Shown here piece after piece: positions 12,819 through 23,700 of a DNA stretch of 64,000 bases. The notes below the pieces were generated by a model. It made no database searches and was not told where the DNA came from. It saw only the letters and a list, made by a program, of their open reading frames with translations. The position numbers were made by a program, and so were the translations under genes. The stretch is taken from the NCBI GenBank assembly GCA_043228905.1, contig JBHGNT010000112.1, positions 18,118 through 82,117 of the forward strand. The letters are read 5' to 3'. The DNA comes from Azolla caroliniana. Taxonomy: Eukaryota; Plantae; Polypodiophyta. Numbering within the stretch: the first letter of the stretch is position 1; each line of letters opens with the position of its first letter.

Positions 12819-13229
12819 TGTGCATGCACTATCCCATAGGCGTGCCATGTGTTGGCCGAGTTAGAAGACCAAGTGTGGAAGGGGTGGAAAATGGCTACGA
12901 GTCGAATTGGTAATGAGTAGGTCCGAGCGACGCAATAAAGAAGCAAGAGTAGGAAATAGTGAATAGAAAAATAGTAAAGTATTGAATATGCAGTAATGGT
13001 TCATGCATAGTCGTAATCGTGCATGACCTCTATAAAAAGGGCCATGGAAAGCTTGTAAACGTTAATCGAACTTTTCTGTATCATTGCGCCGATAATAGAA
13101 TTTTGTTTACTCCTTATACTCTATGTAAGAAACTGTGTTGCAATTTCTCTATGTCGAGTCTTTACGTTTTGAGTAAACGTTGTTTAACCAATCAGTTGTA
13201 GCCGGTGTGGTCATCTCCATAATCGCACA
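12819..13229 (+). repeat. LTR (probably the 3' LTR of a gypsy-type element extending left to ~8.6 kb)
   Basis: TGTGC...GCACA termini and TATAAAA at ~13031. Its 5' junction resembles 19216-19252. Confidence 0.6.
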
Positions 13230-16200
13230 GTCATTCTCTGTTTGATTCATTTGTAAGTCCATATAGTTTGGAGTCCTGAACGATTCAAAGCGAAACGAAA
13301 TCCTTTTCCTAAACACAAGACCTTAAGTCGAATAGACAAAGGACCAAATATTCGACACCATGTTATCCAAGTCAATAACAGTGACATGAATTGATGAAGC
13401 TTGTCGGCTCCTAGTGCTTTGGTGAAGATGTCGGTTGTCTGAAAATTCATGTTGATGTGTTGAAGGTTGACATCTCCAACCTGAACGTGCTCTCAAATGA
13501 AGTGATAGTGCACTTTGATATGCTCTGTGCGTGCATGGAACACTAGGTTCCGAGCCAGATAAATACTGGTCATGTTGTCGCATTAAAGGGGAGTCGGATC
13601 CTTGATGGGAATGTCGAGATTCTTGACGATTCTCTTCAGCCAAATGGCTTCACATGTAGCCATAGCTATGCCCTTCATGTCGACTAGATGCTCACCTCCA
13701 ATGACCAAATCATCCATGTATAGGATGATGAAAATCGAACTTCTAGAATCGCTTTTTATGTAGAGGGAGTTGTCAGATTTTGACATTCTAAAGTTGATTT
13801 GATGAAGGTATTGTGTTTTCTTCGAAAGCCAAGCACACAGTGCTTGCTTAAGGCCATATAGAGGTTTCTTTAGTCGGCAGACTACTTTCGGATGGATGTT
13901 GGATTCGAAGTCAGGTGGTTGTACCGTGTACGCCTCTTCTAATTCTACTTGGAGAAAGGTGTTCTTTATGTCCATTTGATGGAGGTGCCACCCTTTCGCT
14001 ATTGCAAGGGTCAATTCATTTTCGTAGGATTGATCGTCTTCATATTCCGACATTTTGGCCTTGCCTTTGTCCATCTTCGGACATGGCCGAGATGTGCTCT
14101 AGTTGCTCGGGGGTTCTTGTGGCCCATTGAGCCTGGTCGTGATCGGACTTTTCTTCGAACATATGCCTCAGTTGATCTTTGTCTTCGATCTCTTGGTTGG
14201 CCAAGTCCGGGTCGACTAGGGTTGGAGTCTGAGTTGTCTCTAGTTTGTACCAAGATGTCGACTCCTCGAAAACAATGTGCCGACTCACTCGAACTTTCCG
14301 AGTAGATGGGTTATAGCACGTGTACCCCATTCGAGTGAGTACCCTATGAGTATACATTTCTTCGACTTAGGATCCAGCTTCTGTCACTTCTCGTTGGGAA
14401 TATGTACATATGCAATTGAGTCGAATATCCTGATGTGGGAGAAATCTGGCTTCTTTCCATAAAACTTCTCAAGGGGTGTTACGTCGTGCACCCCAAAGGT
14501 TGTACACATGTTCATGAGGTAGACGGTTGTGTTGGCGGCTTCAACCCAATACGACTTTGGTAGGTTCTTTTCGTTCATCATCGCCCTGGCTACCTGTAAT
14601 ATGTGTTGATTTTTGCGTTCGGCTACTCCATTTTGTTGACTCGGTGTATGTCGGCCGGAGAACTCTCGTCAAATTCCTTCCTTTCAGAGATAACCTATGA
14701 AATCATCTGAGAAGTACTCCTTACCCCCACCCGATCAAAACATCGGACATGCCGACTTGTGGCTTTCTCGACTTCATTCTTAAATTTTTTGAAGTGTTAG
14801 AACACTTTACACATTTGCCGCATGGGGTAGATCCAGGTGTGCCTGGAGAAGTCTTCAATGAATTTCATGTAACATCGGCATTTGTTGAATGTTGTCGTTT
14901 GTGTTGGTCCCCATGCGTCTCAGTGCATCACATCTAGGAGGCCTTTGCTCATGTTTTCCTCGTTTGGAAATAGGTGTTGATGTTGTTTGCCAAATTGGCA
15001 AGCTTCACATACACCTTCAATCTCTTTGAAGGTCGGGAGCTCGATGACGACTCCTTTTGATTGCATCCCCTTCAGCTTTTGGTGGTTGATATGGCCGATT
15101 CTTTTGTGCCATAGCTCTATGTCCGTATCAGCTTTGGTGCCTTTTGCAAACATGGCTGATTTCATCTCGTACGAATCGAGAATGAACATTCGGCCCTCTC
15201 TTTGTCCACAAGCGATGAGTCGGGCTTCCTTTTCGATGAAGCAACGAACTTAGTTGAAGCAGACTTGCATGCCTTGCTCTACAATTTGGCTGACTAGGAC
15301 CAAATTCTTCATGATGGTTGGTACATGCAAGACATTCTTAATGTATGTTTGGTTGCCCTCATTCTTGAATGGGACATTGCCGATGTGCCATATCATATGA
15401 GTAGTGTCGTCTCTGATCTCGACACACCAATTCAGCTCTCATAAGTCTTGGAACCATTCTTGACGAGATGTCATGTGGTTCGACACACCAGAGTCGACAA
15501 ACCATACATCTTCTGGACCGGAGGCCCAACATAAAATTGGCTCTATGTCTCATCACAAACATTCCGCCATGGTAGTCATATTCGGAGTTGGTGGCATAAT
15601 TGGTGAGTTGTCAGCTTGTGGAAGCCGACTCACACTTCTTCTTTTGACACTCTTCTTCATGGTGGCCGACTTTGCCGCAATATCCATATTCGATTGACTT
15701 TTGTCAGCTTGAACCCGCATGAAAGCTCCCACTTCTTCGATTGATTCCATTTTCTTGCCGAAATTTGGAGTTGTTTGTTGGGCCTCATCCACCTCGTCCT
15801 TCGCCGAATCGGCCTCTTCGTGCTCGACCATGTCCTCTTCCTCCATCCGAGTGTGTGTAGAGCATGTGGCCTTTTGAGGCGCTACTCCTTGTTCGAACGT
15901 GGTTTTCTTCAACCAACAACAGTGATTGAGGATCGAAGAAAGAGGGAGGATTCGGCCTTGCTAGGATAGTGGTTCTCATTGTAGCAAACTGTGGTGCGAG
16001 GCCACCTAGGCATTATGCACCATCTCATCATCCTCCACATTGACACTTATTGAACCGAGTTAGTCACAAAGCTCCTTGATCTTCAAGGTATAGCTTGTGA
16101 TGGACATATCTTTTTGTTGAATGTTGTTCAACTCTTGGCGGGGTTGAAGCTTTCTTCTGGTTGTGGTGACCACGAAAATCTTCCTTAGATTATCCCATGC

Positions 16201-16518
16201 TGCCTTCGGCGTCTTACCTTCTCGAATGTAGCAAAGTATGTGGTCATGGACACATGTTACCAAGCAATACATCACTCGCCTTGTCGTTTGCTCCCATGTT
16301 GAGTAGTCGACATTCTTTGGGTTGGGTTTGTTTTCTTGTGTTCCTTGAATGTAGCCCCAATAGCCTTGTCCAACAAGGTATTGGTGCATCTTGTACTCCC
16401 AACATGGAAATTTGTTTCTGTCCAACTTCTCGCTAGGGAGAGAGCGCTCCCCATTTGAGTATTCATTAAGTCGATAAAAATTTCCTTCTTCTTCTTCCTT
16501 AGACACGAGCTATGTAGT

Positions 16519-16875
16519 TGTTACTCGTATGAATATACGACGAGGCATAAGGGTATGTGTAATGATGTGGTTGATGTGTATGTATAATATTAATGAGTGT
16601 GTGAGGATGAGTATGTGTATGTGTATGAACACATGCACATTTGTGTGCATGTGTACAAAGGTGAGAAAGTGGGTAAGTAATGTAACTCCCTACTTGTCTC
16701 ATTCTTTATCTGTAACGGTTACCTCTTGTACTATATAAACCCACCCATGGGGCATAATGTAACATAACTTTTTCCCTCTCATTTTGTGTTTGTCTCATTG
16801 TTTCTCTTTCCCTCACACGTAACCCCCTTGGGAGGGGGGTGTAGCTATTCTAGGCTTCACCCCCACCCATTAACA
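16519..16875 (+). repeat. 5' LTR of the gene-capturing element
   Basis: TGTTAC...TTAACA, TATATAAA at ~16732, followed by the PBS-like motif. Confidence 0.8.
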
Positions 16876-17187
16876 CTTTTGGCATGCCCAAACGGACGAC
16901 CCTCCTTTGAGAGGAAGTCTATCCCTCACTCTCCCTCTTTGTGTGTTTGTACATCTGTCTATTGTGTGTTGAGAATTGTGTGTGCATGATGAGAGACAAA
17001 GAGTTCAAGTTTTTGCTCCATTGGCATATGTCTGGTTCTTGAAGAAAGAAGAAGTTATATCCATCGCTTTTTGTTCTCTATCTCTCTTTCTCTCTCTCCT
17101 GCCCCATCCTGCCACGTCACGTCCTCTTAGAGTTTTTAGGGTTTGAAGATCGCCATCGCTCCACCTCCGCAGAGCCCCCAGCCTCTC

Positions 17188-17328
17188 ATACCTCGCACAG
17201 ATGTTGTCACCGCTCCCGGATGCCCTCCCAATTGTGCCATTTCTTTTGACAACTTAGGCCTCATCAAGGTCGTAGAAAGCTCAGGAGAGAATGGACACCC
17301 TCAAGTCGTTGCAAGGTGGGATAAGCCA
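17188..17328 (+). pseudogene. Captured N-terminal fragment of a WDR74/NSA1-like ribosome-biogenesis WD40 gene (start ATG>ATA), preceded by probable 5' UTR with telo-box
   Basis: (M>I)PRTDVVTAPGCPPNCAISFDNLGLIKVVESSGENGHPQVVARWDKP matches the plant WDR74 N-terminus pattern MPR....PGCPP..A..FD.LGLIKV.E...P.VV..W as recalled. TTAGGGTTT at 17136-17144. Confidence 0.7.
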
Positions 17329-17402
17329 CAGCCTCAGAAGAACATACAGAAACCCACTCTGTGCCGATCTCCCTGCCTCGTCTCGCAAGCTCTGTCATCG
17401 CC

Positions 17403-17675
17403 ATGGCCTCTCTTGGCTCCCTCGTCGCGTCTAGGCTCTTGAAGCGCATTTCTTCTTCGTCTTCCTCCTCTTCTCCTGCACCTCTGCTGCACCGAATCTC
17501 TTCCAGAGGCTTCCATGGCGACCATCACGCAGCGGCCCCCTCCAGGAGCCTCTTTGGCATTGCTCGTGCCTCTAGCTCTAAGTCCACGGGAAGTGATATC
17601 ATTGGTATCGATCTCGGAACTACTAGCTCTTGTGTCTCTGTCATGGAAGGAAAGACTGCTCGTGTTATTGAAAAT
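17403..17675 (+). pseudogene. Captured 5' fragment of mitochondrial HSP70 (presequence plus start of ATPase domain)
   Basis: S/R/A-rich presequence, then GSDIIGIDLGTTSSCVSVMEGKTARVIEN, the HSP70 signature-1 region of the mitochondrial type. Homology stops abruptly after VIEN. Confidence 0.92.
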
Positions 17676-17862
17676 TTCGGCACATCGGATGAGGACTGTC
17701 TGAGGAAGGCAAAAGCAGCAGAATCAGAACGTGAGTTTCTGAAGGCAGCGAGCCAGCTAGCTTTGCCAAATAGATGACCTGCCAGAGAGAAGGCTAACAT
17801 AATGTACGTGAAGCATCGCCTATGGCCTTTTGGAGAGGATGGAGTATTTTACCTCAATCCTC

Positions 17863-18325
17863 TAGTAGAGCTATGATTACTCTACAGATGTTGTGCTCAC
17901 GGAACAATACCTTCCGTCTAACCACCCTGTCACTGTGTGCCTCTCATTAGAGGATGTTTCTATAGGGCATTATTCCCTCAGGGAAGAGCCTGTTGGACCT
18001 ATGTTCTATGCAACCTTCAATCAACAATAGACTAATATACCCTATGAAATCTTCACGTATTCAGAAGGCATTTCCAGCAACCTCACCAGAGCTTTGCACT
18101 CTGCTTGTAACCGCACTAAGCTTATTTATAGTGCATACATAGGATCAGGGATTACTCTCGAGCAAAAAGGCTTTGTAATTATACCACAATGACAAACAGA
18201 AACTAGTGGTTTCACAAATACTGCCATCACTTTTTAGTACCCATTGGGTGGTTCAAGCTCCAGATATCTATATCTCATGCCCACTGGTGACATAGTCTCC
18301 GTCTTCCTCATTGATAATGGCCTCT
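17863..18325 (+). pseudogene. Captured fragment of a G-type (bulb) lectin / S-domain, EP1-like gene
   Basis: **SYDYSTDVVLTEQYL..SLEDVSIGHYSLREEPVGPMFY...SSRYLYLMPTGDI. The start reads as a decayed WQSFDYPTD motif (TGG>TAG, CAG>TAG). Confidence 0.6.
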
Positions 18326-18330
18326 CTCCT

Positions 18331-18423
18331 ATGAAGATTAAGGACAACCGACAATTGGTGAATTTCTTCTCTATGAAACTAAAAGCGGGTACTATTTTAG
18401 GGCCCCATTGGAATCCGAGAGCC
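18331..18423 (+). pseudogene. Captured fragment of a vicilin-like (7S cupin) storage-protein gene
   Basis: MKLKAGTILGPHWNPRA resembles the cupin motif L.AG.M..PHWNPRA. It is in frame with the lectin fragment. Confidence 0.65.
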
Positions 18424-19226
18424 AAGAACGATGGATACTATTCGCATCGGGGCCACTTGGGCATAACCCCCGTCGGCCGCTATCGCCGCTGTTGCAGCAA
18501 TTGTTGCCACCACCGCTGTCGCAATCATCACCGTTCGGAATCGAAACGGAAGCAAATGGTTTGTAGCCCTATATTGATGTCCTTATGTGGTTCCTAGCAA
18601 AAAGAAGGTCAAGCAAGATATTGATGATGTCGAAGGAAGGGGAAAAGAAGGAAGGTTGATTCAAGTGGAAAGAGGGAAAACAATCAAGAAGGGAGTAGCA
18701 GAAAGCCAGAGATTTTCCAGAATGAAGTAGAGAAGATTCAGAAAAGTGACGAAGAGGAAACAAGAAGAAGATAGAGGCTAGACAGACACATAAAGAAAAA
18801 GATAGAAGAAGAAGAAAAAAAGAGGGGCAATTGACAAAATTTTAAAAAATGACAATGGCAGAGAAAACGGAATTTCAAAACCTCAAGGGCAGAGGAGAAT
18901 TTCGAAAACTCAAGGGTAAATAATAATAACAAAAATTTCTAAAACCAAGGGGTAAAAATCATGAAATTTCAAAAACACAACTCACATGATGAAAGAAAGA
19001 ATACACAAACGCACAACATGATTTCACGACCTATGCCACATTGAACTAGCCAATTGGTATATGATCCAATCGCGACTTGTGTTGACTGAACGAGAAGGTT
19101 TGAGTCAAGCAAAGCTTCGATCGAAGTTATCGATCGTAGAGCAATGATCCGGTTGAGGGATTTTTGGTCGTTCAGACGATCGATGGAGTTACGGTCGAGA
19201 AGAGTTATCATGGCGAGTGGGTTCAC

Positions 19227-19598
19227 TGTGCAATGCACTGTCCCATAGACGTAAGAATATACGACGAGGCATAAGGGTATGTGTAATGAAGTGGTTAATG
19301 TGTATGTATAATATTAATGAGTGTGTGAGGATGAGTATGTGTATGTGTATGAACACATGCACATTTGTGTGCATGTGTACAAAGGTGAGAAAGTGGGTAA
19401 GTAATGTAACTCCCTACTAGTCTCATTCTTTATTTGTAACGGTTACCTCTTGTACTATATAAACCCACCCATGGGGCATAATGGAATAAGCTTTTTCCCT
19501 CTCATTTTGTGTTTGTCTCATTGTTTCTCTTTCCCTCACACGTAACCCCCTTGGGAGGGGGGTGGAGCTATTCTAGGCTTCACCCCCACCCGTTAACA
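19227..19598 (+). repeat. 3' LTR of the gene-capturing element (5' boundary uncertain, 19227-19250)
   Basis: Matches 16526-16875 from 19250 onward; the first ~20 nt differ from the 5' LTR tip. Confidence 0.75.
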
Positions 19599-19970
19599 AT
19601 AGTGGCACTACGATAGCGGATAGCCGGATTTGTCGCCGACGTATCGAACACACAACACACGCGAATGGGCTAAATTAAGCTACCAAATCGCTTTAATACC
19701 ATATAAAGAATCGGGTGTGATTCTTTGCAGCGTAATAGAGATATGTGTTATGTGGGTGTGAAAGAGGAAAGAGGAGAGACACAAGATAGATACTCAAGAT
19801 GTATATTAACAAGGAGAATAGTAAGTACAAAATGTAGCATTACAAGGGAGAATTGTTGGCATAAAAGGCCAACACCTTCCACCTTGTAACCATAGTGTGA
19901 ACACGTCCTCTAGTTAGGGCATGAGTATATAAGCTCAACCCTAACATTGTAGCTATAATAATCTTGTATC

Positions 19971-20302
19971 TGTTGGGATTACGGTCCCTCCGGATGGGAT
20001 GGTCGGATGTCCGGAGCCGGATGATGAAGACCCCGGCTACGGAGCCGGATCATGAAGACCCCGGCTACGGAGCCGGATGATGAAGACCCCGGCTACGGAG
20101 CCGGATGACGAATGTACCCGGAGAGAGATCCGGATGCGGGGACATATTTGTGAATATGTTTGCCAAGGGCCCTTGAGGCTATATTTGTAAATAGCCCGAA
20201 AGTCATATGTGTATAAATATGACTTAGGGCAAACAGTCCCGTGGTTGTTGTTGTTGTTACTCTTTTTTCTGGTTTTCCACTCAAGGGGAGCTAAGTGAGC
20301 AG

Positions 20303-20353
<51 letters not shown>

Positions 20354-20619
20354 GAAGAGGTCGTTGCCTATGTGTATTACCGCCGCCTGTGGTGAAGACA
20401 GTGAGCTCAAGGTTGTTGCCTTGTAGCTTCACCATTGTACATCTCTGTTTATAGTGATAGTTGGAGTTTGAGGACTCCCGTGGTTTTTTCCCATTTAGGG
20501 TTTTCCACGTAAAACATCCTGTGTACTCTTCTCTCTATTGTCTTCTTCCATTTTTTGTATTTCCTGTTTTCTGTGAGTTGATCCTATTCCTCGGTGGTGG
20601 CCGAGCACTGTGTTCAACA
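19971..20619 (+). repeat. 5' LTR (649 bp, 3 copies of a 28-bp unit)
   Basis: Direct repeat of 24735-25438 with only a handful of substitutions. Confidence 0.98.
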
Positions 20620-20622
20620 AAG

Positions 20623-20634
20623 TGGTATCAGAGC
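20623..20634 (+). promoter_or_regulatory. Primer binding site, tRNA-iMet
   Basis: TGGTATCAGAGC, 3 nt after the LTR end. Confidence 0.97.
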
Positions 20635-20725
20635 GACGGTAACACAGAAAATGGAAGGCGGCGGTAGTGGGCCTCCGGGCATGATGTTGTTGAACTCATA
20701 GAACTACACCGACTGGAAGATAAAG

Positions 20726-23700
20726 ATGGAAGACCTTCTCATCGTCCGAGACCTGTATGAACCGATCGACAATGCCGAGATACCCAAGGGGGTAATAGAG
20801 TCGGAGTGGAAGCTCCTGAACCGGAAAGCCGTAGCGACGATCCGGCAATATGTCGATGTAAGTGTTCTGCAACATGTGGCGAACGATACGAACGCCTATG
20901 AGATGTGGCAGAAGCTGTCCGGACTGTATGAGAGGAAGAATGCTTTGACCCGGACCTCCCTGATGAGGAAGATAGTGAATCTTAAGTACCGGGACGGCGA
21001 GAGCATGGTCGAACACGTCAGCACGTTCATGGGATTCGTGAACCAGCTTGCGGCGATCAAGTTCCCGTTGGATGACGCAATGCAAGCCATCATGCTGATG
21101 TGTACCCTTCCGGAGAGCTGGGAGAACTTGGTAGTTACTCTCAGCACCTCTTGTAAGGAAGAGAACTTGTCTTTACTAACGGTAAAGACAAGTATTCTAA
21201 ATGAAGAAGCGCGTCGGAGAGACAAAGAACCGGCCTCCGACTCGAAGGCGCTGCTTACCGAATCGGAACGGGGAAGACAACGGAACCGGAGTCCGCAAAG
21301 ACGGGAGAAGTCGGGGACACGGTCGCAGTCGAGGGGAAGACCTACATGCTTCTACTGTGGGAAGCCGGGGCACTTCCAGAAGAACTGTCGGCATTTCCGG
21401 AAAGACAACGGAACCGACGGTACCGATTCGAAGAAGTCACCGGAGCGAAACGGTGCATACCGAGGAACCACGGACCGGAGAGGTCCGGATCGGCGAGGGC
21501 AGGACCGGAAAGGAACGACGGCACTCGCGGCAAGTGAAGAAGAGATAATGCCCATTACCGAAGAAAGGGAGCTGAACCTTGCCGGTGAAGAGATGACCTG
21601 GGTGGTCGATTCCGGAGCGTCGTTCCACCTGACCCCGGAGAAGAAATACTTCTCATCCTACACAGCCGGTGAGCACGGCTGTGTCCGGATGGGAAATGAA
21701 GGTACATGCCGGATTGTCGGCATAGGAGACGTGTGGCTGATGACATCAACCGGATGCAAAATGTTGCTGAAGGATGTCCGACACGTTCCGGAGGTTCGAT
21801 TGAACCTGATTTGGGCCGGGAGACTAGACGATGAAGGCTACACAGGTAGCATCCGGAACGGCGTAATGAAGTTCAGCAAGGGGAGCCTGATAGTGGCTCG
21901 GGCCCGGAAAGTCAACACACTGTACCTTATGAATGCCTGGTTGTGTCCGGAGGAGTTGAACGTGGCAGCCGACACTGCCGGTGAGCTGTGGTACAAGAGA
22001 CTGTGCCACATGAGTGAGAAGGGGATGAAGAGGCTTGCAGAAGACAACCTTATTCCAGTGAAGGATGTGCACCTGGAGAAGTGCACCGATTGCCTGGCCG
22101 GTAAGCAGAACCGAACCTCCTTCCACTCAAGGCCACCGACGAGACGTAGCGCGCCATTGGAGTTGGTGCACACTGACGTGTGTCAAGTAGAAACGAAGTC
22201 ACATGGCGGAGCCCAGTACTTCGTGACATTCATTGATGACCACAGCCGGAAGCTGTGGACGGCACCGTTGAAGACAAAGGACCAAGTGTTGTGCGTTTTC
22301 AAAGAACTCCACGCGAGAGTGGAAAGGGAATCCGGCAAGAAGCTGAAAGCGATACGAGCGGATAACGGAGGGGAATACCGGGGGCAGTTCGAGGAGTACT
22401 GTCGCTCGAAGGGAATCCGGCTCGAGTTTACTGTGCTGAAGACGCCGGAACTGAACGGGCTGGCCGAGAGGATGAACCAGACCATAATGGAGAGGGTCCG
22501 GAGTATGCTGGCGCATGCGAAATTACCCAAGGGGTTTTGGGCTGAGGCAATGTCGACGGCGACATACGTGATAAACAGATCACCCTCAGTACCTTTGGAC
22601 GGAGACACGCCGCAGAGAGTGTGGACCGGTAGGGAAGTATCCTACCGGCATCTGAAGGTGTTCGGGTGTCTCGCATATGTGCATGTGGCAAAGGACCGGA
22701 GAGGAAAGCTAGATCCAAAGACCCGGCCATGCATATTCCTCGGTTACGGCGATGACGAGTTCGGCTACCGAGTATGGGACCCGGTCGACAAAAAGATATT
22801 CCGGAGTCGTGATATCATCTTCATGGAGGACAAGACACTCGCCGACTGGGAGTCGGAGAAGAAGATGAAGAGCTCCAAGTCGACCGGTGAGGATCAACTC
22901 TATGAGGAGCAGTCCCGACCGGCAAGGGACCGGTTAGCACTCGAGGATCCGGCCGAAGACGGTGAAGAAACAGAACCGGCCGAGGAAGATGAAACTGATA
23001 CCGGAACCGGCCCCGATCCTGAAATGGATTCGGATGAAGAGGAAACGGAGGAGCCGGTTACCGAAGCTCCGGAACGGAGATATACTCTAAGAGAGAGAAG
23101 GGCCCCCCGGAGATTTCCGGAACCTGAGCACGTGCTGCTAACCGACGAGGGGGAGCCGGAGAGTTTTGAAGAAGCAAAGCTCGACACCCATAGCCGCAGG
23201 TGGTTAAGTGCCATGCAGGAGGAGATGGATTCCCTGCATGAGAACCACACATATGAACTTGTGGAGTTGCCGAAAGGAAAGCGGGCACTTCGAAACAAGT
23301 GGGTGTTCAAGCTGAAACCGGGAGATGCCGGCAACCCCCCGAGATACAAAGCCAGGATCGTGGTGAAGGGGTTTCAGCAGAAGAAGGGCGTCGACTTCGA
23401 CGAGATATTTGCCCCGGTAGTGAAGATGACCTCCATCCGGACGGTGCTGAGCATAGCGGCAAGCATGGACCTCGAGGTAGAACAGATGGACGTGAAGACG
23501 GCATTCCTTCACGGTGACCTCGAAGAAGAGATCTACATGCAGCAACCGGAAGGATTCGAGAAGAAAGGGAAGGAGCACCTGGTATGCCGGTTGAAGAAGA
23601 GCCTTTACGGACTGAAGCAGGCTCCCCGGCAATGGTACCGGAAGTTCGACTCTTTCATGACCGACGAAGGGTACCACAAAACGCAGTCTGATCACTGCGT

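Larger units (their letters stand above)
16519..19598 (+). mobile_element. Non-autonomous LTR element carrying multiple captured host-gene fragments
   Basis: Near-identical ~350-bp direct repeats (16526-16875 and 19250-19598) ending TTAACA. PBS-like TGGCATGCCCAAACGGAC 16880-16897. Flanks GTAGT (16514-18) and ATAGT (19599-603). Removing it rejoins the PBS and gag of the family B copy. No gag/pol inside. Confidence 0.8.
13370..19853 (-). mobile_element. Ty1/copia family B, decayed, interrupted in its 5' leader by the 16519-19598 element
   Basis: Gag (LPSEKLDRNKFPCWEYKMHQYLVGQGYW), protease, integrase and RT/RNase H remnants over 13370-16506. Minus-strand PBS TGGTATTAAAGC at 19690-19701 with LTR remnant 19702-~19853. 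Confidence 0.85.

Noticed and set aside
17361-17777. Functional mitochondrial HSP70 gene
   Set aside because: Only ~90 codons match, there are no downstream exons, and it lies between LTRs; treated as a captured fragment.
20021-20110. 28-bp repeats as a CRISPR array (also 24776-24930, 10703-11202)
   Set aside because: Head-to-tail repeats without unique spacers, no cas genes, eukaryotic TE context.
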